The position numbers and the translations under genes were made by a program. From the NCBI GenBank assembly GCA_963786955.1, contig CAWBAT010000005.1, forward strand, positions 512,001 to 576,000: DNA of 64,000 bases, read 5' to 3'. Shown here piece after piece: positions 21,938 through 31,372 of this stretch; the first letter of the stretch is position 1; the number at the start of each line of letters is the position of its first letter. Under the pieces are notes generated by a model. The model worked only from the letters and a program-made list of their open reading frames with translations. It made no database searches and was not told where the DNA came from. The DNA is from an uncultured Acidimicrobiia bacterium. GTDB taxonomy: Bacteria > Acidobacteriota > Terriglobia > Versatilivoradales > Versatilivoraceae.

Positions 21938-22108
21938 CTAACGAGGCAAATCGTCTATCTTCCCATCCGTCAACTTGTCCCCAAAGGACGATTCTTCTCG
22001 CTTTTCAAGGGGCGGTTTCTTTGGGTGTGGTTGAGGCGCCCACCCGAATGAAACGAGAATCAGCAAAGGGATAACAATCACAAGCCCGATGCTGACTAGT
22101 GTCAGCAT
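21938..22108 (-). CDS. Small single-TM membrane protein (56 aa)
   Basis: Manual translation MLTLVSIGLVIVIPLLILVSFGWAPQPHPKKPPLEKREESSFGDKLTDGKIDDLPR*; below the ORF-track size cutoff; co-oriented with its neighbours. Confidence 0.45.
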   Translation of the reverse strand: MLTLVSIGLVIVIPLLILVSFGWAPQPHPKKPPLEKREESSFGDKLTDGKIDDLPR

Positions 22109-22294
22109 GATTCTGGTACCGTATGAAAAAGGGACACAACCGTCAAACGAATCCCACTAAGAAAGGAGAATTCCCTCAGGCGATGCTACGGTAGGGCAAA
22201 AGCCACGACATAGTCTCCCAATGGGGTGCCCATCCGATTGTGTCCGCCCGCTGCGATGACAACGTATTGTTTCCCAACTTGTTTAAATCCTTGA

Positions 22295-23728
22295 TCACTT
22301 CACTTTGCGTTGTTCTTCCATCTCGACTTTCTCGAGGCTTGAAAACAGATCAAACTCCTTCTTTGCCAAATCGGGCTGGTTCCTAGCGGTGTAGAGTCTC
22401 CCGAGCAGATAATGGACCTTCTTTTCATTAGGTGCCTGGCGCGCGGCTTCTTCCAAGGTCTTAAGGCACGCTTCAAACTGAGAGGTCTCCAGATACAATT
22501 GACCTAACTTAAGCTGAACATCCAGCCCTTCTTTATTTTTGGCGATTACTCGTTCTAATAAAGCGATCGCCTCTGGACGCTTCTCCTCCACGATCAAGAC
22601 ATCCACCATCGCCAACTGAGCCGGCTTGAAATGCGGGTCTAGTGTGAGGGCATTTTCCAGAGATTTTTTCGCAGCCGCTCGATCGCCCAAGAGTTGCTGC
22701 CCTGACGCAAGCAAGTAGTGACCACGGACCGACTGCGGATCTAATGCAACCACCTGTTGATACTCGTCAATCGCTTTGCGGTATTCGGCCTTATCCCAGT
22801 AGGCAGCTCCAAGAAGTAGGTGGAAGACTGCGGAATTCGATTTTTCATGGGTCTTAGCCTCAAACAGACGCACCGCTTCATCAAATTGGCCAAATTTCGA
22901 AAGCGTTTTGGCCAGCTTTTCCCAGGCTTCATCAGTCGGATTCAATACAGCCGCTTCCTTCAGCGCATGAACGGCTCTGAAGTCATTAGCCGCGAGGTAT
23001 GCGCCGCCCAGCAATCCATAAAACTGAGCCGAAGGAGTTAAGTATTCCTGGGCCTTTTCCAATTCTTGGATAGAGAGCTGGATTTCGTTTTTTCCGGTGT
23101 AAAGGGAGGCCACTTTGACATGCAGGAGGCCCAAACTTTCCCGGGCTCTCGTCCGCGCTCTTGCGTTTCCCCCCGCAAGCTGAAGGCCCTTCTCATAAGC
23201 CTTCATTGCACCCTCATTGTCATCGAGCGATTCGAGCGTGTTCCCAAGGTCCAGTGGAATGAACGCATTCGTGGGGTTCAGTTGGGCGGCTTTGAGAAAA
23301 GACTCGCGCGCTTTGGTAAATTCCTTCTGGCCCGCAGAAAGCCGCCCCACGAGGTGCCAGGCCTCGCCAAAATCTGGTTTTTGATCGAGAGCCTGTTGAA
23401 CATATTTCTCGGCATCTTCCACCCTCTCCGTTGCTGCGAATACCAGGGCTAGGAGATAAGAGGCCTCCGGAAATTGAGGTTGTATGCGCAAGGCCTCCCG
23501 CAATTTGGTTTCTGCTTGGGCAAATCCTCCAGCTTGAAAAAGCGTGGCAGCCTCGCGGTAGAGCTCCTTTGGCTGGGAATCTTGGAGGGTGACGGAATGA
23601 TTCGCTCTCAGTATCGGGAGGGAAATAAAGCAAAGGATGATCAGGACTCTAAAATTTGCCCCACGAGACGAGATTTCACTTGCGTTGATTCTGGACATGA
23701 ATGGAATCGAAGGTCGGAAACGACTCAA
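22295..23728 (-). CDS. Tetratricopeptide repeat protein (exported)
   Basis: About 10 TPR-like repeats after a hydrophobic signal/anchor; start may be 23699. Confidence 0.88.
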   Translation of the reverse strand: MSRFRPSIPFMSRINASEISSRGANFRVLIILCFISLPILRANHSVTLQDSQPKELYREAATLFQAGGFAQAETKLREALRIQPQFPEASYLLALVFAATERVEDAEKYVQQALDQKPDFGEAWHLVGRLSAGQKEFTKARESFLKAAQLNPTNAFIPLDLGNTLESLDDNEGAMKAYEKGLQLAGGNARARTRARESLGLLHVKVASLYTGKNEIQLSIQELEKAQEYLTPSAQFYGLLGGAYLAANDFRAVHALKEAAVLNPTDEAWEKLAKTLSKFGQFDEAVRLFEAKTHEKSNSAVFHLLLGAAYWDKAEYRKAIDEYQQVVALDPQSVRGHYLLASGQQLLGDRAAAKKSLENALTLDPHFKPAQLAMVDVLIVEEKRPEAIALLERVIAKNKEGLDVQLKLGQLYLETSQFEACLKTLEEAARQAPNEKKVHYLLGRLYTARNQPDLAKKEFDLFSSLEKVEMEEQRKVK

Positions 23729-23851
23729 GGATAGGGACCCATTTGCCGAACGCGCTACTTACAGGTCGCTCCGCTGGAGCTTAACCCCCTGTTACCGCCT
23801 GGGTGCTACAAACAGAAGGCTCCTGGTTAAGCCGGCTAATAAACAACAGTG

Positions 23852-24065
23852 CTCTCGCCAAGACGCCAAGTACGCAAAGGCACGCAGGAGATTCCTTCCA
23901 GCCCATTGACTCTCAAATTGCCTTCATTCTTCAGCATATCCTTAAAATGAAATCGTCTTCGACAGGCAAAGTCCACTTAACGAAGCAGGGCAAGGTCTTT
24001 TTACAAAATGATGCGACCTATCTGGTTCTAATCTATTCTCTGCCTCCTTGGCGCCTTGGCGAGAG
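23852..24065. repeat. 19-bp inverted repeat pair (CTCTCGCCAAGRCGCCAAG) enclosing an AT-rich spacer
   Basis: 23852-23870 versus 24047-24065, one mismatch. Confidence 0.65.
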
Positions 24066-24210
24066 GGTTTTCTTTAATATTCAATATCTTTATTATTCCG
24101 AAGAATGTCGTTTCTGCCCCAGAAGCGCCGGATTATCCTTTGCAAAGAAAAAAATAAATCTGCCCTGTCCGCCGGGAAAGTTCGCTGACCCGAAGAGTCA
24201 GATCTAACAA

Positions 24211-24257
24211 ATCCCAGGGCGTTGCCCTGGGATTTAATATTTACCCCTTTCAGGGAG
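24211..24257. repeat. REP-like palindrome CCCAGGGCGTTGCCCTGGG plus CCCCTTTCAGGG
   Basis: Stem atcccagggc/gccctgggat with a 3-nt loop, downstream of the 721-aa gene; possible terminator. Confidence 0.6.
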
Positions 24258-24309
24258 CCCGGAGAACTGATGGGTAGTGTGAAATTTTCCTATCGCTAGA
24301 AACCCACTA

Positions 24310-26475
24310 TCAATTTCCGCTCGATGCAAATTCCAATTGCAAGGCAGTGGCGGTATCAATATCTGCGTTGATCCAGAGAGTGTGTCCGTCCCAGGCAAAT
24401 TCCCTCGGGCTTAGCCCTCGTTCACCGATCTTCACACTTCGAAGAACTTTCGGCGCAGACCGCAATTCAAAAACCGGGTTAATGCAGCGAACGGTCGGTT
24501 TCAATGTAATCGTCACACTGGGATCTTCCACTATCAGCCGAATGGCTCTCCGTTCGGAGACAAACGAGGCATCCTGTTCCAAACGGGCCCCTTTGAGTTC
24601 CAGGGAAGGAGGATTCTTGAAGCTATGGGCCCATTCCAGCAGGCGGGCATCCGGCATCTCGGTCATGCCAATCAGCCAGACATATTGCAGAAGGGTCATT
24701 TGCTTTGAGCGTCCCAAAGTATCGATGGTTTGCACGGTGGACATTTTTAATGGCGTTTGATTATCCAGTCCCCAACTCAAGATGCTGTTATGGGAAGGCG
24801 TAAGCGCAATGCGATCATCGATGGTCCATCCGGTGGTATTCCCTCTGGCCAGCGGCCAATGGCTTCCCCAGTATGCCGGCGTCACCATGACTCCACGATC
24901 ATAGAAAGGGGAAAAGAGATACTTGGGCAGGTGTGCATCCACAGGGTTAAAACTAAACGCGGTGGCAAGGTCATCTTTATTGAGTCTTACACGATAAACC
25001 GCCGGGACATCGCGGGGGATTCCGATCCCTTGTTGCCGGGAAAAGCTTGCTGGAGAGGATCCAGAAGTCCCATCAGGCGGAAAAGTAATTTCTCTTTTTT
25101 CTCCATCAATGAACAAGATATCGACCATTTTGGGGCTTAAGACCTGATAGGGGAAGGCAGCCTGAGGTGCCAGGACAATCATCTCCTGAACTTCATATTG
25201 GGCGCCCGGAGCACTCGTCAAACTGAGGACCCGCGTGCCAAAACCATCCGGGTAGAAATAGTAATCTTCCACCGGTGCATCCCCCCAAACTTTGTACATG
25301 AAATCGGTCGATTGGTAGGTCCAACGCACATGGATGCGTGAAGCCGTGGACTCGAGAATCTCGACCCGGCTGTACCGGAGTTCTTTGTCCATCAACGGTT
25401 CCACCGAGTCGGTGAACCCGTCGGGAGGAGGCGTCGTTTCGGCCCATTCGTAGCTCATTCCCATGTCGTGAGTGCTGGCCCAAAAAGGGATATAGCAGGA
25501 ACCGCGCCAGAACACGTAGCGCGAGCCATTGGGCAGAGAAATCACCACATCCTTGAGCTGGGGCGCCCATGCCGTATCGTAGCTCATAGAAGAAAATTTT
25601 CCCGTGCGGGGATCTCTAACCGAGATGGGGGCATCATAACGGAGCTTCAACTCCGTCGCCCCAAATTCCGGCAACTTCGGCGGAGTTTTGACAATCATGA
25701 CTGGAATCTTTTTGTGCCAGAGTTCTTTCCCTTCTCCCGAAATGAGAGCCACATGCAACGTGTCTTTCTCCGGGGAGGCGACCGTGGAAGGAATCGGGAG
25801 AGTGATTTGGGCGCGGTGGTCCTTCTCCAGCTTGATCGCCGCTGCAGATTTATTGGTTGCTGAAGACTCGAACCAGGCCTGGGCTTTGGCGTCTGGAATG
25901 TCTGCGTTTCTGGAAATTGCAGCGATTTCGACATTCCCCTTTTGTCCGCTTGACAGTAAAAGCCAGTCCAGCGGAACTAGAATGGCACCCAAATCAACAG
26001 GATTGATGACCTTGTCCGGGCGGGCAACGGCTTCCGCCTGAAAGTCTGGAGGAGCCACTTTTTGGCGGACTAATTCCACACCCTCACCCTGAAACCGGCA
26101 CTTGGCAAAAAGAGCGACTTCGTCAAAATATCGTGCGAAACTCGCCCGCCCTAAATAGGGAGACTTCCCCGTCAAATGGCTGCCGGCAAGATGAAATATT
26201 TGGCGATCAATCTCTTTGCCATTTTGGTAAGCCACAACCCAGTACTCACGGTAGGGTCTCTCCTCACTCTCAACTTCCACGATAACACCCAGCGGCTGTC
26301 CAACCCGGTCCAAACTGAAGGGTGGGCGCCAGGGGTGTCCTTCGTCAAGCCGAATGCGGACTGTTACTTTTTCATCGCAATCGTTGGTGGCCTTTTGAAC
26401 CGGCGCCGGACAGAGTAATAAAAGGCACGCACCCAGGAGGATACTTCGGACAATCTGGATGATTGATATTCGCAT
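24310..26475 (-). CDS. Secreted hypothetical protein, 721 aa, beta-rich and aromatic-rich
   Basis: Long ORF, signal peptide, AAGGAG RBS; no family recognised. Confidence 0.8.
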   Translation of the reverse strand: MRISIIQIVRSILLGACLLLLCPAPVQKATNDCDEKVTVRIRLDEGHPWRPPFSLDRVGQPLGVIVEVESEERPYREYWVVAYQNGKEIDRQIFHLAGSHLTGKSPYLGRASFARYFDEVALFAKCRFQGEGVELVRQKVAPPDFQAEAVARPDKVINPVDLGAILVPLDWLLLSSGQKGNVEIAAISRNADIPDAKAQAWFESSATNKSAAAIKLEKDHRAQITLPIPSTVASPEKDTLHVALISGEGKELWHKKIPVMIVKTPPKLPEFGATELKLRYDAPISVRDPRTGKFSSMSYDTAWAPQLKDVVISLPNGSRYVFWRGSCYIPFWASTHDMGMSYEWAETTPPPDGFTDSVEPLMDKELRYSRVEILESTASRIHVRWTYQSTDFMYKVWGDAPVEDYYFYPDGFGTRVLSLTSAPGAQYEVQEMIVLAPQAAFPYQVLSPKMVDILFIDGEKREITFPPDGTSGSSPASFSRQQGIGIPRDVPAVYRVRLNKDDLATAFSFNPVDAHLPKYLFSPFYDRGVMVTPAYWGSHWPLARGNTTGWTIDDRIALTPSHNSILSWGLDNQTPLKMSTVQTIDTLGRSKQMTLLQYVWLIGMTEMPDARLLEWAHSFKNPPSLELKGARLEQDASFVSERRAIRLIVEDPSVTITLKPTVRCINPVFELRSAPKVLRSVKIGERGLSPREFAWDGHTLWINADIDTATALQLEFASSGN

Positions 26476-26501
26476 GGATTTCTCTCGCTCCTTTTGAAAT
26501 G

Positions 26502-26538
26502 GTAGGGGCGAAGCATTCTCCGAATGCTTCGCCCCTAC
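26502..26538. repeat. GTAG-type REP: GTAGGGGCGAAGCATT-N5-AATGCTTCGCCCCTAC
   Basis: Perfect 16-bp inverted repeat; overlaps the TAG stop of the TPR gene. Confidence 0.85.
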
Positions 26539-27647
26539 TGCGGGCTCCCTTCAGATACTTTTTTCTCGTACTGGACTTTGCGCTTTTGCTTTCTGTCGTT
26601 CAGCGCGGTCAAGAGTGCCTCGGCTTGCTCTTTCTTCCCTGCTTTCAAAAATAATCGTGCTAACTCCTGATAAGCACCGTCCTGATCGGGATTGAGTTCA
26701 ATCGCTCGTTCCAGTTCTGTGACCGCCGGGCTAACTCTCCCTAGTTTGGAATTTGCCTTTCCCAGCTGGTAGTGCGACTCGGAGTAATTCGGGTTCAGCC
26801 GAATTGCTTTCTCCATCAACTGGATCCCTTCAGTGCTCGCTTGAAGGTCGAGCAGAAGCTGCCCCAGTTCTAGATAGGCCAGGAAATCATTGGGATTAAG
26901 GGCTATCGATTTACGATAAGAAGCGATTGCCTCCTTGCTGTTTCGAAGTCTATTCGCGCAGCGCCCCAGGTATAGATAAGCTTTGCCAAACTCCGGACGC
27001 ATCTTCACGGCTTTACTGAAACTGGCATTGGCTGATAAAACATTTCCCAAGTTGTAGTAGCTCAACCCCAGTGCAAAATAAATCTCAGGAGTGGCCATCC
27101 CCTTTGAAATGGCGCGATCGAGCACTTCAAGGGCGCCACGATTGTCGCCAGCTTTCTGATAGAGGCCCGCCAGGTTAAAATAAAGGTCAGGTCTTTGAGG
27201 AGCCAGCGTGATCGCCGTTATGACAGCCTGTGCCGCTTCCGAAAATTGATTCAGTCCGCCCCTGCACATTCCGACCAAATTAAAGTAGTCAGCATTCTTC
27301 ATGCTCTCGGAGCGAAGCGGGCTTAAGATTTCCAGAGCTTCTTTAAATTGATTTTGCAGAAACCGAATTTCACCCAGAAGGTATCCTGCTCGGAGGGATT
27401 GAGAATCTCTCTCTCTCAATCCCGAAAGGATTTTCCCCGCACGATCCAATTGTTGCGCCCGGCGGGGCTCCATCAACGTTCCCCGCTTTAACTCATCCAG
27501 AAACTGGTCAATCGAGGTCAACGCCTTTTCGGGTTGTCCTTGGGCTACTGCTGTTTCCGCTTCATTCAGCAGGCGTGTGGGGATTTGTGCCCAGAGCGCA
27601 GGCAGACACGAAAGGAATAGCAAACACACCAACCAGCGAAGCATCAC
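26535..27647 (-). CDS. Tetratricopeptide repeat protein (exported)
   Basis: Signal peptide ending ALWA; about 8 TPR repeats. Confidence 0.88.
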   Translation of the reverse strand: MMLRWLVCLLFLSCLPALWAQIPTRLLNEAETAVAQGQPEKALTSIDQFLDELKRGTLMEPRRAQQLDRAGKILSGLRERDSQSLRAGYLLGEIRFLQNQFKEALEILSPLRSESMKNADYFNLVGMCRGGLNQFSEAAQAVITAITLAPQRPDLYFNLAGLYQKAGDNRGALEVLDRAISKGMATPEIYFALGLSYYNLGNVLSANASFSKAVKMRPEFGKAYLYLGRCANRLRNSKEAIASYRKSIALNPNDFLAYLELGQLLLDLQASTEGIQLMEKAIRLNPNYSESHYQLGKANSKLGRVSPAVTELERAIELNPDQDGAYQELARLFLKAGKKEQAEALLTALNDRKQKRKVQYEKKVSEGSPQ

Positions 27648-27692
27648 AGAGTCAACCTAATCATTCCCACACACCATAAGAAGAGATCAACG

Positions 27693-30110
27693 CTATTCTA
27701 GCTTCTTCCTCACCATTCCTCCAGCCGGAACGCTCAACTCCGCAACCACTCGTCCAGTCTTTCGTTCGACCAGTTTCCCCTGAACGGATTGGTCGGAGGC
27801 CACGAGCACTTCGTTCCCATTTGGGGTGGGAACGACCATCCAGAAAGCAATCTGCTCCGGTTGAAAGGAAAATTTTTGCTGGAGCGCATCCTGGACTTCG
27901 ACCTGGTTCCACGAGGTTTCAACTCGAACTGTAGTAAATAAGGTCTTAGTCTGGCGCTCCGCAAACAGCGACAGAGGTAGCCCGCGGTAAGGAAGATGAG
28001 AGACCGCAATCCAATTCCATCCTGTCGGCAAAGAGGGATTCACCTGCAAAATGTTGGGACGGGGAGAAATCCCCAGTAATCCTTCCACGGCAGCCCAGAT
28101 ATAAATTCCATGCAAGAAGGTGCTCCGCGGTTGTCCGACCTGCACTAGGTCGTCCCCATTGAAGTATTCGGGAAGTTCAGCAGGAACGACGTTATCGCGC
28201 GCCGGATCCTCTCGCTCGGTAAGGAGCCAAGTCCCTCGCAAAGCCTTTAGACTAAGATCCGGGAAGCCCTGATCAGCGGCGGCTTTTGCAACCCACAGAG
28301 CCAGATTCGGCCACACCCCACCCAATAGCCCGTAATTTTGAGGGGTCGCTTTGGCTTGATATCCCTTTTGAGCCGCGCTGACCGTCCGGATCCCTCCGGC
28401 TCCATCGCTGGCATTCACCCAAAATCGCTCGCTGAACAACTCGGCCAGGATGTGCTGAGAGGTTTCCGGTGCCGAAACCCCATACAGCACCGGGAAAAGG
28501 AGATCTCCAGTGACATCGTCAACGGGCTTGCCTGAAGGATCAATCGTTAAATAGTAATAAGGGTTCTGCTCGCTTTTAGAACGCAAATGTTTTTCGATTT
28601 CCTCCGCCAGGTCCGCGGCAGCTAACTCAAGGCGCTCCCGGTTCGGCTCATCACCCATGGCTTTGGCCAGTTCGGCGGTCATCTTCAAGGCGCGGGCACA
28701 CTCCGCATTAACTTCTGTGACTGCTCCCGAGAGCGTGTAATTCGGGATTGCATTTCGCCATCCACACAAACCACGAATGAAAGTTTCTGTCGAGGTGGAC
28801 CACACGAGCCCATAGCGGTTATTCTGTCCCGCCTTCCGTTGCTCCAAAATGTAATTGGCTGATTGGAGCAGCCTGGAATAAACCGTATGCAAGAAGCCCA
28901 GATCGCCCGTTACCGAGTAGTATTGGTGAGCCGCCATCAAGAAGAGAGGCGTGTTGTCGTTGATGTTGAGGCCATAGTCATCCTTGAAAAGCAGATTCCC
29001 CGAGGCCGTCAAGTATTCGGTAAACTTGCCGCTGACTTCCAACCCATAACGAAACCAGAAGTCAAACAGTTTACGAGACCAGGGCTGCGCATAATAACTG
29101 CTTCCGGCCAAGTACCAAACCGAATCTCGCCCCACGACAATGTCAGACGGAGGATTATTACTAAAGCCGTCACCCCACAGATACTCCTGCTGGTCGCGGA
29201 GTTGGTTGATTTTGGCCCATTGCACTCCCCGATTGATGACGGGATCCGGTGTCCAGAGATGGCAGGTCTCCAAATAACGGCGCATGGCTATGGTGGACTC
29301 TTCGAGCAATAGCTTGACCCGGCTGAGCGTACTCAGAGAAGTCCCGGCTTCCGCCGCATATACATCAAAAAGGGCATTCAAAGGATTCCCCCGGGCGGCT
29401 CCATATATTGAATAAGCAAAGGAAAGGGTGGCCTGCAGGCTGTTGGACGAAGCGCTCCAGTTGGAGTCAAATTCCAGCCGGATTTCCCGCTCTTTGGAAT
29501 CGGTAACAACCGGACTCACACGAAACGACGGGATATCCCCGGTCCCCCAGAAAGCCGCAATGGTCTTGTCCGGGTATGTGAGTTCGAGATACTTGTGCCC
29601 CTTATATTCCGCCTGGGCAACCTGGACAGAATGTAGCAAAAATACTTGTGAGTGGATAACCAGTGGTTCTTTAAGTCCCCCGCTTACTTCGAACAGAAAG
29701 TGAGCCGAGCGAAGATTATTATTCTCAAAAGGCAAAAAGAATTTCTTGCTCGCTAGCTGATCTTCTACCTTCAGCACCGATTCCTGGTAGACAGGAAGAA
29801 ATCGAGTGTGTGTGAATGGATAGGCCTTTCCTTCGACCGACTTCAAATTCACATCCCAACCGAGCAAATAATATTGTTGGTTGGTTGATTCCCGGAGGCC
29901 TTTCCGAACGGTTCCCCGCTCGTTGACCACGTCGGTCTTACCGTCTAACGTGGCGTACGTATTACGGTTCCCTAGAGAATGCCCCCATTTGAGGCGGTCC
30001 ACAGGGTAGTGATACCCCAGCCCTGACTTTAGGGTTTCTGCCTCAAGGCTTCCGATTCCCACCCAAAGCAAAGCAGTCACGGTAAATACAATCTTGTTCA
30101 ACGACATCAT
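27693..30110 (-). CDS. Secreted six-hairpin (alpha/alpha)6 glycosidase-like protein (GDE_C/GH63/GH116-like)
   Basis: VGRDSVW, DNTPLFL..AHQYY..TGD, TEVNA, GGVWP, LPEYF motifs. Start at 30110 after GGAGGAG (ORF track 30239). Confidence 0.7.
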   Translation of the reverse strand: MMSLNKIVFTVTALLWVGIGSLEAETLKSGLGYHYPVDRLKWGHSLGNRNTYATLDGKTDVVNERGTVRKGLRESTNQQYYLLGWDVNLKSVEGKAYPFTHTRFLPVYQESVLKVEDQLASKKFFLPFENNNLRSAHFLFEVSGGLKEPLVIHSQVFLLHSVQVAQAEYKGHKYLELTYPDKTIAAFWGTGDIPSFRVSPVVTDSKEREIRLEFDSNWSASSNSLQATLSFAYSIYGAARGNPLNALFDVYAAEAGTSLSTLSRVKLLLEESTIAMRRYLETCHLWTPDPVINRGVQWAKINQLRDQQEYLWGDGFSNNPPSDIVVGRDSVWYLAGSSYYAQPWSRKLFDFWFRYGLEVSGKFTEYLTASGNLLFKDDYGLNINDNTPLFLMAAHQYYSVTGDLGFLHTVYSRLLQSANYILEQRKAGQNNRYGLVWSTSTETFIRGLCGWRNAIPNYTLSGAVTEVNAECARALKMTAELAKAMGDEPNRERLELAAADLAEEIEKHLRSKSEQNPYYYLTIDPSGKPVDDVTGDLLFPVLYGVSAPETSQHILAELFSERFWVNASDGAGGIRTVSAAQKGYQAKATPQNYGLLGGVWPNLALWVAKAAADQGFPDLSLKALRGTWLLTEREDPARDNVVPAELPEYFNGDDLVQVGQPRSTFLHGIYIWAAVEGLLGISPRPNILQVNPSLPTGWNWIAVSHLPYRGLPLSLFAERQTKTLFTTVRVETSWNQVEVQDALQQKFSFQPEQIAFWMVVPTPNGNEVLVASDQSVQGKLVERKTGRVVAELSVPAGGMVRKKLE

Positions 30111-30525
30111 AGACTCCTCCTCAGGTGTGAATGGGAATGGAAACGACTCCATCATCTCTTCTCTTCTTGCCAGTTCGGATACCCTGCCAGCCTGTCTCCG
30201 GGTAAACTTCCGGATTTCTGCGGTAGAGTTTTTTTCCAAAGAGGTTCGAATCAGAATGAGACAGCCGGTAAGGCTCCTTTGCCCAATGAATAACGTTCAC
30301 ATTATTGCATGATCTTTAAAATTAGTTCATAGCGAGCTTTCCTGTCAACAGCAAATGATCGATGGGAGAACGCGGAATTCCTGGATCTCTTCCCCCGATC
30401 CCTACGATCCCAATATGGATTGTGTCAGATTGAAGAGTCTCCGATCCTCCTTTACGGGCAAGACAGCCAGGATGACGGAACAAGGCTCTGCGGATGAAAA
30501 TCGTTTGGCCGTCTTTTTATTATTC

Positions 30526-30694
30526 TGTAATGCGTTAGTTACGGGGGGAAATCCGTAAGGGCAATGCCTTCGGTGACGATTTGAGATTGTCGCTTCTGTA
30601 GCGGCTGAGTGGGTAGGGACGGACCGCCAGGCCGTCCGCGGCGCGCTCGGCGAGCGCGCGCTACCAGAAATTCCCCGATAACTAACGCATTACA
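30526..30694. mobile_element. MITE, 169 bp, 16-bp perfect TIR, 6-bp TSD
   Basis: TIR TGTAATGCGTTAGTTA (30526-30541) and its reverse complement (30679-30694); TTATTC duplicated at 30520-30525 and 30695-30700; internal GTAG-type REP at ~30611-30665. Confidence 0.85.
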
Positions 30695-30712
30695 TTATTC
30701 TAACAATTCCGC

Positions 30713-30741
30713 TTGCTCCTCACCTTGGCTGGAATTAACAT
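30713..30741 (+). promoter_or_regulatory. Candidate sigma70 promoter for the Rieske/cytochrome b operon
   Basis: TTGCTC-N17-TAACAT. Confidence 0.35.
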
Positions 30742-30889
30742 AAGAGACGAAGCAAAGCACACCACCTTTTGTGATTTAAATCGATCGTTCAACCATCCGC
30801 CTGCGAAGTCGCCCTTTCATCGAACGCTGAAGCGTGAGGAAATTCATCATCAGGGGTTCTTGTGTCGGATGTACCATTGAAGGGAGAAT

Positions 30890-31372
30890 ATGGATCGTAG
30901 ATCGTTTCATTTAGCCTTTATTTACGGGGCCTGGTCCGCCATCGCAACCATATTGGCGTTGCCAGCTGCTGTTTACCTATTGTGGCCCCCGGGGTCGAAA
31001 AAAGAGCTGGGGTGGGAGGACGCTTGCAGCCTGGCCCAGCTTGAACTGAAGACTCCCCAGGAGATTGTGTTCCGCCGGAATCGTATCGATGGCTGGAAAA
31101 TCGTCAGCGAAAAAGTTTCCGCCTGGGTCGTCAAGCTGTCTAACAAAGAGGTCATTGCATTTGGACCCCAATGCCCCCACCTGGGATGTGCCTACCATTG
31201 GGTTTCCCAAAAGCATGAATTCTTATGTCCCTGTCACACCTCCACTTTCTCGATCGATGGTGATGTATTGACCGGGCCATCCCCACGCCCTCTCGACCGA
31301 TATGAGACCAAAATCGAAGGGGACAAGCTTCTGTTGGGACCGGTGCGGAAATCGACGGAGTCGGGCGCATGA
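30890..31372 (+). CDS. qcrA: Rieske 2Fe-2S subunit of a cytochrome bc-type complex
   Basis: Tat RRSF plus TM helix; CPHLGC and CPCH boxes; GP.PRPL. Confidence 0.92.
   Translation: MDRRSFHLAFIYGAWSAIATILALPAAVYLLWPPGSKKELGWEDACSLAQLELKTPQEIVFRRNRIDGWKIVSEKVSAWVVKLSNKEVIAFGPQCPHLGCAYHWVSQKHEFLCPCHTSTFSIDGDVLTGPSPRPLDRYETKIEGDKLLLGPVRKSTESGA

Noticed and set aside
22180-22260. Possible c-di-GMP riboswitch (GGGCAAAAGCC)
   Set aside because: Lacks the GNRA-loop and receptor stem arrangement; cannot be supported without cmscan
23803-24207. 134-aa ORF in the TPR spacer
   Set aside because: Built from repeat elements and AT-rich filler; opposite strand to neighbours; no RBS or motifs
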